Positions 57,579 to 64,000 of a stretch of 64,000 nt of DNA are shown in pieces. Source of the DNA: Rhodoluna sp. (lineage in GTDB: Bacteria; Actinomycetota; Actinomycetes; Actinomycetales; Microbacteriaceae). The stretch covers positions 7,704-71,703 of the forward strand of contig JAURKU010000006.1 of NCBI GenBank assembly GCA_030831605.1, in the 5' to 3' direction. The notes under the pieces were generated by a model. That model was not told the DNA's origin, ran no database searches, and was given only the letters and a program-made list of their open reading frames with translations. How positions within the stretch are numbered: position 1 is the stretch's first letter; every line of letters begins with the position of its first letter. Position numbers and translations under genes: made by a program.

Positions 57579-58409
57579 TCAACGAATAACGCTCGGCGTA
57601 AGCGGAGCAGAGACATCAAAGGTGGCTCTTATATTTGCCGGAGTCTTAAGTAGAAGGGCTTTTAGCACTCTCGATTTCAGGATTGAATCCGTTGCATCTC
57701 CCCAAATTATGGTTTGGGAAGCAAGGCCCCTGAGCTGCATGGTGACGTTGTCTCGGGATTTGGCCTGAATGTAGGCAACTCTCTTTAAAAGTTGGGCAGG
57801 AAGTGCTAGCAGAACGTCGATGGCCTGGGCGTAGTTTTCTGAAGTTTTTGGATCATCGTTCACCAAAATTACCGGTAAGGCTTCGTTTCCGTTGGCTCGA
57901 CCGAGGTTCACTCCAGCAGGATCGTAAAGATACCTTGTGCTGCCACGAACAACGATGGAAATTGCCGTTCGTTCGGTGATCCTCACTTGAAGTTTGTTTG
58001 GTGGTTGGCTTACTAACGAAATACTTTCGATTAAACGAAATTTCTCTAAGTCCTTAGCTACATCTGACTCAGTGAGCATCGGGAGTGGGCTACCAATCCG
58101 ATGCTTCAGATTTGCCAGAATCTGCTGGGAGGGAACCTTCCGGTTTCCAGTTACCGAAATCTTTTCTATAGCCATAAGAGGAGTAAACATTGTGGCGCAA
58201 ACCAAAAGAACCAGTGCTAGTAAGCCAGCTAGCAGAGATCTTAGAAAATACTTTTTAACCGCAGACTCTTTGGTAAACCTTCGCGCCTCTTTTTTGCTAG
58301 CTATTCTCGTCCGAAGGGGCGGTTTTCGGATCTTCGGAGTCTTTTTTGGCAGAACTGACTTTGCGCCATTCTGTCGAGCACGGTTGTATCGATTCTGTGG
58401 CGGTTGCAT
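57579..58409 (-). CDS. ftsQ: Cell division protein FtsQ
   Basis: Basic N-tail, one TM, POTRA domain (I.VTGN...P..L.V.ITER), DVSAP; between murC and ftsZ. Confidence 0.9.
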   Translation of the reverse strand: MQPPQNRYNRARQNGAKSVLPKKTPKIRKPPLRTRIASKKEARRFTKESAVKKYFLRSLLAGLLALVLLVCATMFTPLMAIEKISVTGNRKVPSQQILANLKHRIGSPLPMLTESDVAKDLEKFRLIESISLVSQPPNKLQVRITERTAISIVVRGSTRYLYDPAGVNLGRANGNEALPVILVNDDPKTSENYAQAIDVLLALPAQLLKRVAYIQAKSRDNVTMQLRGLASQTIIWGDATDSILKSRVLKALLLKTPANIRATFDVSAPLTPSVIR

Positions 58410-59800
58410 TAACTTTCCAAAGCCTTCAAAATGCCCGGCACTTGTCGATAAACGTCACCGCAGCCCATAGTGATAACAAAATCCCCATCCCGTGCTATTT
58501 GCGCAACAGCTGCGGGTACGTTATCCCAGTTTGGGACATAGTGCATTTTATTTTTGTCACCGAATTGATTTGCTATGAGCTCCCCAGTGACCCCCGGTTC
58601 AGGATCCTCGCGAGCTGCATAAATGTCTAGCAGGACAACCTCATCGCTAGCGGCTAATGCTTCGGCGAATTCTTTGGCGAATAAGCGCGTTCGTGAATAC
58701 AAATGCGGTTGAAATACGGTAATCAGTTTTCCGTCTCCAACTACAGCCCGAGCCGCGGCTAGCGCGGCCGAAACCTCCGTTGGATGATGTGCGAAGTCAT
58801 CGTAAACAGATACTCCCCGGCGCTCACCATGCAGTTCAAAACGTCGTTCGGTTCCAGCAAATTTTGAAATAGCCTCAAGTGCCTTCGCTGCCGAGTAACC
58901 TAAACCAACCAAAACCGCAAAAGCACCAGCTGCATTTACTGCATTGTGGCGACCGGGAATGGTTAGTTCCGTTGCATAATTTTCCCCAGCATAACTGATG
59001 GTGAAACTCACTCTTGCGCCACTGGCATCAACTTCAATCAGTCTGACTGTTGCCTGTTCCGCAAAGCCGAAAGTGATCACTCGTTGATTTTTGATTAGGT
59101 TTGTGACTCGAACTGCGCCTTCGTCATCTGAACTAATAGCCACGAACTCGCTTGCTCCATTGGCAAATCGGGCAAACTCAGCTTCAAAATTTTCTAAGCT
59201 ACCGTAGTGATCTAAATGATCGGGATCCACATTCGTAATCAGGGCAACTGCAGTGTCGTAGTAAAGAAATGATCCATCCGATTCATCTGCTTCAATAACG
59301 AACAAATCTGAAGTCCCGCTAGCAGCAGATGAGCCATAAGCTTCGATTACTCCACCGTTTACAAAACTCGGATCAACTCCTAGTTCGATTAGCGCGGTAA
59401 CAATCATGCCCGTGCTTGTGGTCTTACCATGGGCACCAGCGACTGAAACAAGCCTTTTACCGCTGGTCAAATACTTGAGCGCTTGGGATCGATGAAGAAT
59501 CGGTAAGCCGAGCTTTTGAGCTAAGAGGTACTCTGGGTTTGTCGGCCATAAAGCACTGGTAACCACCACAGTGTCAGCGTCCGCCAAATTTTTCTCATCG
59601 TGGCCAATAGTTACCGTTGCACCTAGTTTTCTAAGTTCAGTAATGTTCGAAGATTCACGCACATCGCTACCGGACACTTCGTGGCCAGACTTGATTAGCA
59701 TTCGTGCAATTCCACTCATACCGGATCCGCCGATGCCGACGAAGTGAACCCTACCGAGTTTTTGAGGTATCGGTTGGCTCAGGTCGGGCTTTATGGTCAT
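58409..59800 (-). CDS. murC: UDP-N-acetylmuramate--amino acid ligase
   Basis: [39 protein letters not shown]. Confidence 0.96.
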   Translation of the reverse strand: MTIKPDLSQPIPQKLGRVHFVGIGGSGMSGIARMLIKSGHEVSGSDVRESSNITELRKLGATVTIGHDEKNLADADTVVVTSALWPTNPEYLLAQKLGLPILHRSQALKYLTSGKRLVSVAGAHGKTTSTGMIVTALIELGVDPSFVNGGVIEAYGSSAASGTSDLFVIEADESDGSFLYYDTAVALITNVDPDHLDHYGSLENFEAEFARFANGASEFVAISSDDEGAVRVTNLIKNQRVITFGFAEQATVRLIEVDASGARVSFTISYAGENYATELTIPGRHNAVNAAGAFAVLVGLGYSAAKALEAISKFAGTERRFELHGERRGVSVYDDFAHHPTEVSAALAAARAVVGDGKLITVFQPHLYSRTRLFAKEFAEALAASDEVVLLDIYAAREDPEPGVTGELIANQFGDKNKMHYVPNWDNVPAAVAQIARDGDFVITMGCGDVYRQVPGILKALES

Positions 59801-59847
59801 CAGTTCCTCTGGTTTGTAGGTTTAAGACTAAGTTGACTGGAAAAGAG

Positions 59848-60921
59848 TTAAACCCTCAACACGCCATTTACCAGCTTCAAGAGCGCTTCGGCACCATCTC
59901 TTCGACCAAGAGCACGCGCATTTTCAGCCATCTCGCTGGATAATTTAGAGTTCGAAATCAGGGGAATCAACCGCGACAGAACATATTCTTGAGTGAAATC
60001 GCTGTCATTAACTACTAGCCCTGCATTGGCGCGCACCATGTCATCTACGTTGTATTTCTGCTCGCCATTTCCAACCGGATATGGCACGTATACGGCAGGC
60101 ATGCCTACCGCAGCGAATTCCGCTACTGTGGCAGCGCCAGCCCTTGCTACCGCAAAGTTAGCCATCGCCAAGGCTAGATCCATGCGTTCGCAGTAATTTA
60201 TTCTGAGGTAACCTTTTTCATCGACAGGATCTAACTCCGATCGGCTACCGGCAATATGTAGAACCTGGATACCCGCGGCAGCAAGAGCGGTCCTACTTTG
60301 CTCAATGGTCTGATTGATTCTTCTTGAACCAAGTGATCCGCCAACAACAAGAAGAGTTTTGCCATTTTCATCTAGTTTGAAAAACTCCGCAGCTTCTTTT
60401 CGCCTAGCTTGGCGATCTAGCTCAACTATCTGCTTGCGAATTGGAATTCCAGTTAGAGTAGCGTTCGGCAATTTGGTGTTAGTAAAACTAACCGCAACTG
60501 CGCTTGCATGTCTTGCCCCAACACGGTTTGCATATCCTGCTAGCGCATTTGCTTCATGAACAACGTAAGGAATACCAACCTTTCTTGCTGCCCGATATGC
60601 TGGCGCACTGGCATATCCTCCGAAACCGACAACTACATCTATCTTGTGGTGCTTGATGTAGTCTTCGACACGATTCACGCTCTTTCGGAAAAGAGTTGGG
60701 AAACGAAAAAGATACCCGTTTATTTTTCGTGGCATCGGTAATCGGTCGACGATAAGTAATGGATATCCTCGATCCGGCACCAAGTTTGCTTCCAAACCCT
60801 CTTTGGTACCAAGGGCGAAAACTTGATGCCCTGGATCATCAGCCATGATGACGTCCGCGAAAGCAAGAAGTGGATTCACGTGACCGGCTGTTCCGCCTCC
60901 AGCTAAAAGGTAATTTGTCAT
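59848..60921 (-). CDS. murG: Lipid II GlcNAc transferase
   Basis: GGGTAGHVNP, GFGGY, HEAN, GGSLG, RAGA.T. Confidence 0.96.
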   Translation of the reverse strand: MTNYLLAGGGTAGHVNPLLAFADVIMADDPGHQVFALGTKEGLEANLVPDRGYPLLIVDRLPMPRKINGYLFRFPTLFRKSVNRVEDYIKHHKIDVVVGFGGYASAPAYRAARKVGIPYVVHEANALAGYANRVGARHASAVAVSFTNTKLPNATLTGIPIRKQIVELDRQARRKEAAEFFKLDENGKTLLVVGGSLGSRRINQTIEQSRTALAAAGIQVLHIAGSRSELDPVDEKGYLRINYCERMDLALAMANFAVARAGAATVAEFAAVGMPAVYVPYPVGNGEQKYNVDDMVRANAGLVVNDSDFTQEYVLSRLIPLISNSKLSSEMAENARALGRRDGAEALLKLVNGVLRV

Positions 60922-62144
60922 CTTCTTCTTCTGGTTGGAACTAGCGTTTTTTGTCTTTCAAAAGCTAAGACAACTCCGATGCCCATCAAGAGTGCAATAA
61001 GCGAAGAGCCACCCTTTGAGATGAACGGTAGTGGAACTCCTAACGTAGGTATAAGGTGCAAAACCACTGCGATATTTATTAGGGCTTGAATTGTTATCCA
61101 GAGCATCATACCCATAACGACTAGGGAGGCGAATGGATCATCGTGTGTGTTAGCCATCCGACGCAATCGTTGATAGAGCAAGAAGAATAGAGCTAAGACA
61201 ACAATTGCTCCAACAAAGCCCCACTCCTCGCCGATGGAGGCGAAGATAAAGTCATTCTCAATTTCTGGGACCCAACCCCAATTGAGTTTTGCTCTACCAA
61301 GCCCAGTTCCACCGATTCCCCCTGAAGCAAGAGCCCAGATGCCGTGGCGAACCTGCCAGTCTGATCCATCATTTGCTGCACCCTGATTGAAGAAAGTAAG
61401 GAAGCGGGCAACACGAGACGGGCTGAGAATCGATCCAATGATGAAGACTCCAACGGTTGCGAGCCCAAAACGCATTAAGTGTTGCCAAGGCAAACCGACA
61501 AGAAAAACTAACGAGCAAACAATCGCTAGCATCACTGCGGCCGTACCAAGGTCACGGCCCAACAAAAAGACCACTCCAGCAGCTCCGAAGCCTGCAATCA
61601 TGGCTGGCATCCCAGCGCTTCGCCAGTCCCAAAGCAAATCGATGCGTTTACTTAGAAAGGTAGCGATAAAAATAATTAACCCAAGCTTCATAAATTCCGA
61701 AGGCTGAATAATAAATGGGCCAAAACCAATCCAGTTGGTGTTTCCACCAGATGAAATGCCAAGGCCGGGAATCAGAGCCAGAAACTGGCCGATTAGGGCC
61801 CCCAAGAAAAGTAAGAGGCCTAATTTTTCAATTTGCTCGACAGATCGCTTAGATATCCAAACCATCATGGCCAACCCGAGAACCGCCCAAAGCAATTGCG
61901 AGGTAAATGCACCGAATGGATTACCCGTGTTGATGATCGAATCAACATTAGAAGCGGACAGAACCATTACCAGGCCAAAAGCGACAATCAAAACCACAAG
62001 GGAAATCAGGAAGTTGAAGTCCTTAGTTTGGTTTTGAAAATAACCAGCGCTGATATTTCCCAGTCTGTCTCGTAGTCCACGTCCAGTTTCTTGACTGCGA
62101 GCTCTGTTAGCGCTTCTTCTATTTGTTGAATCGTTTTTTGGCAA
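60918..62144 (-). CDS. ftsW: SEDS peptidoglycan polymerase FtsW
   Basis: QPSEFMK, DLGT, PE..NDFIF..IGEE, G.PLPFIS.GGS. Confidence 0.94.
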   Translation of the reverse strand: MPKNDSTNRRSANRARSQETGRGLRDRLGNISAGYFQNQTKDFNFLISLVVLIVAFGLVMVLSASNVDSIINTGNPFGAFTSQLLWAVLGLAMMVWISKRSVEQIEKLGLLLFLGALIGQFLALIPGLGISSGGNTNWIGFGPFIIQPSEFMKLGLIIFIATFLSKRIDLLWDWRSAGMPAMIAGFGAAGVVFLLGRDLGTAAVMLAIVCSLVFLVGLPWQHLMRFGLATVGVFIIGSILSPSRVARFLTFFNQGAANDGSDWQVRHGIWALASGGIGGTGLGRAKLNWGWVPEIENDFIFASIGEEWGFVGAIVVLALFFLLYQRLRRMANTHDDPFASLVVMGMMLWITIQALINIAVVLHLIPTLGVPLPFISKGGSSLIALLMGIGVVLAFERQKTLVPTRRRR

Positions 62145-63599
62145 TTACTTCACTTCCTCTAATACATAACGACTGAAAGCATCTCCCCTATCGGCGTAAT
62201 CGACGAACTGATCCATCGATGCGGCAGCTGGGGCCAAAAGGACGACATCGCCGGAAGCTGCAAGTTCACCAGCACTTCTTACTGCTTGGAGCATTACCTG
62301 TTCTCTAGTGGCATCAATTTCAACCACAGTTGCATCCGGTGCGTAGCGAACTAGTGCCGACACAACCGGCTCGCGTTCTAAACCAATTACGATAGCCGCT
62401 TTTATAACTTTGGAATACTTCTGCACCAACTCAGAGATGTCTACGCCTTTTAGTAATCCACCGACAATCCAAATCACCGAATCAAAACTTGAAAGTGAGG
62501 CAGCAGCAGCGTGCGGATTCGTAGCCTTTGAATCATCAATCCAGCGAATGCCATCTTTTTCTAAAACTAACTCAATCCGATGAGCGTCTAGCTTGAACTG
62601 ATTTAGAGCGGCGGAGATTTCGCTCGGCTGTACTCCAGCGGCACGCGCTATAGCAGCAGCTGCTGCGACATTGGCTAGAAGGTGCGGGCTAAGAACTTTT
62701 ACATTCTTTAAATCTGACAAGGTTGCTAACTCTGTTGCCTGATCGGCTTTATCGACAAATGCCCGGTCAACCAAAATGTCTTCCACCCAACCAATTTCAT
62801 TTGGCATTGGAGTGAATCTAGTAAAGCCAACTGCCTGAGCCGATTCAGAATTCATAGATTTTTCCATCAGCTCTTTAGTCAATAAATCTTCGGCATTGTA
62901 AAGGCAACAAACTTTAGTGTTGTTGAATATCTTGCCTTTAGCTATTGAGTACTCAGAGAAACTTCCATGCCAGTCCAAGTGATCATCAGCAATATTCAAA
63001 ACTGCACTTACTAACGGTTCGATTCCATTTAGGTAGTGCAACTGAAAACTACTTAGCTCAACCACTAAAACTTGGAAAGCCTCAGGGTCTCTTACAGCAT
63101 CTAAAATCGGGACGCCAATATTTCCGCAAGCTTTCGCTCTAATTCCCGCAGCTAGGGCCATGGCTTCAACCATTTGGGTCACGGTGGTTTTTCCGTTCGT
63201 GCCGGTGATGCAAATCCATTGCGAAGAAAATCCGTGCTTGTCTCTGAGGCGCCAAGCCAGATCGATGTCTGTCCACAGCACTAAACCCTTGGCGATAACA
63301 GCTTTGATGAATTTGCTTTCGGGAACAACACCTGGTGAAGTTATAACTAAATCAGGTTGAAACTCTTCGAGCAAGTCGATCTGCATGGAATCTTCTGCCG
63401 TTACCTCAACCCGAACACCCAAAACTCCAAGAATGTCGATGCGCTGTTCATCAGCTTTTTCAGCGATAACCAAAACTTCAGCATTCAACTCGGCCAAGGT
63501 ATCGGCAACCGAGAAACCGGTTACGCCAAGACCGTAAACCAAGACTTTGGCCTCAGACCAATTAGCATTCCAACTGTCAAGTTCTAATACTTCACTCAT
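62145..63599 (-). CDS. murD: UDP-MurNAc-peptide--D-glutamate ligase
   Basis: [34 protein letters not shown]; ATG 63599 overlaps the mraY stop. Confidence 0.95.
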   Translation of the reverse strand: MSEVLELDSWNANWSEAKVLVYGLGVTGFSVADTLAELNAEVLVIAEKADEQRIDILGVLGVRVEVTAEDSMQIDLLEEFQPDLVITSPGVVPESKFIKAVIAKGLVLWTDIDLAWRLRDKHGFSSQWICITGTNGKTTVTQMVEAMALAAGIRAKACGNIGVPILDAVRDPEAFQVLVVELSSFQLHYLNGIEPLVSAVLNIADDHLDWHGSFSEYSIAKGKIFNNTKVCCLYNAEDLLTKELMEKSMNSESAQAVGFTRFTPMPNEIGWVEDILVDRAFVDKADQATELATLSDLKNVKVLSPHLLANVAAAAAIARAAGVQPSEISAALNQFKLDAHRIELVLEKDGIRWIDDSKATNPHAAAASLSSFDSVIWIVGGLLKGVDISELVQKYSKVIKAAIVIGLEREPVVSALVRYAPDATVVEIDATREQVMLQAVRSAGELAASGDVVLLAPAAASMDQFVDYADRGDAFSRYVLEEVK

Positions 63600-64000
63600 G
63601 CCACGGAACCGTAAATCCATTCAACGTAGAATAAGCCGATTCCAGCAAGCACTAACAAACCACAGATAATCCAGAATCGAACCACAACTGTTACTTGGTC
63701 CCAACCTTTTTCCTCAAAGTGGTGATGCAGCGGGCTCATCAGAATAATTCGGCGAGGCTTACCGGTAGTCCACTTAGTTATTTTGTAAACACCGCGTTGC
63801 AGGATTACAGAGCCTGCTTCGATGGCATAGAGCCCGCCGACCAGAAGTAAAAGTATTTCTGTCCTCGACAAAATCGCCAGAGCTGCAAGCGCACCGCCTA
63901 GACCGAGAGATCCACTGTCACCCATAAATATTTGCGCTGGTGAGGTGTTAAACCAGAGGAAACCAATCAGTGCTCCAACTACGCTTGCAGCAATAACTGC
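63596..64000 (-). CDS. mraY: Phospho-N-acetylmuramoyl-pentapeptide transferase (5' end outside window)
   Basis: [20 protein letters not shown] and MSPLHHHFE; the frame is open to the window edge. Confidence 0.95.
   Translation of the reverse strand, partial: AVIAASVVGALIGFLWFNTSPAQIFMGDSGSLGLGGALAALAILSRTEILLLLVGGLYAIEAGSVILQRGVYKITKWTTGKPRRIILMSPLHHHFEEKGWDQVTVVVRFWIICGLLVLAGIGLFYVEWIYGSVA

Noticed and set aside
59846-59862. TTAAACCCTCAAC as a third FtsR-like half-site
   Set aside because: It lies in the last murG codons and lacks the other half of the dyad; probably chance.
1-64000. CRISPR arrays, IS elements, prophage, rRNA, long tandem repeats
   Set aside because: None seen; the sequence is almost fully covered by recognisable genes and no intergenic gap exceeds about 315 bp.

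Overview
A gene-dense chromosomal segment from a streamlined Actinobacterium. Gene content and order fit Microbacteriaceae, most likely the freshwater Luna type (Aquiluna/Rhodoluna-like); this taxon call is an inference. The core loci are suf, fabG/fabI, trmI-FKBP-pafBC-tatAC-helY-lnt-ppm1, rbpA, the cta/qcr respiratory supercomplex, nrdR-nrdJ, dnaE and the 3' half of the dcw cluster. I found one tRNA-Leu(GAG) and no CRISPR array, IS element, integrase or prophage. A 28-bp XerCD dif site lies at 30280-30307, where the dominant gene orientation flips from + to -, so the window spans the replication terminus. The best novelty candidate is a stand-alone microbial rhodopsin (4661-5374). It resembles Exiguobacterium rhodopsin rather than actinorhodopsin, but has a DTE motif and Met in place of the helix-B His. 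Other signals: a PafBC-type DNA-damage promoter on a leaderless DnaQ-like gene, absence of the Pup-proteasome genes from their usual locus, tandem NrdR boxes, an FtsR-like operator at ftsZ with a degenerate copy upstream of nrdRJ, and an acidic insertion in DnaE. All family assignments come from motif recognition and recalled sequences; no searches were run.
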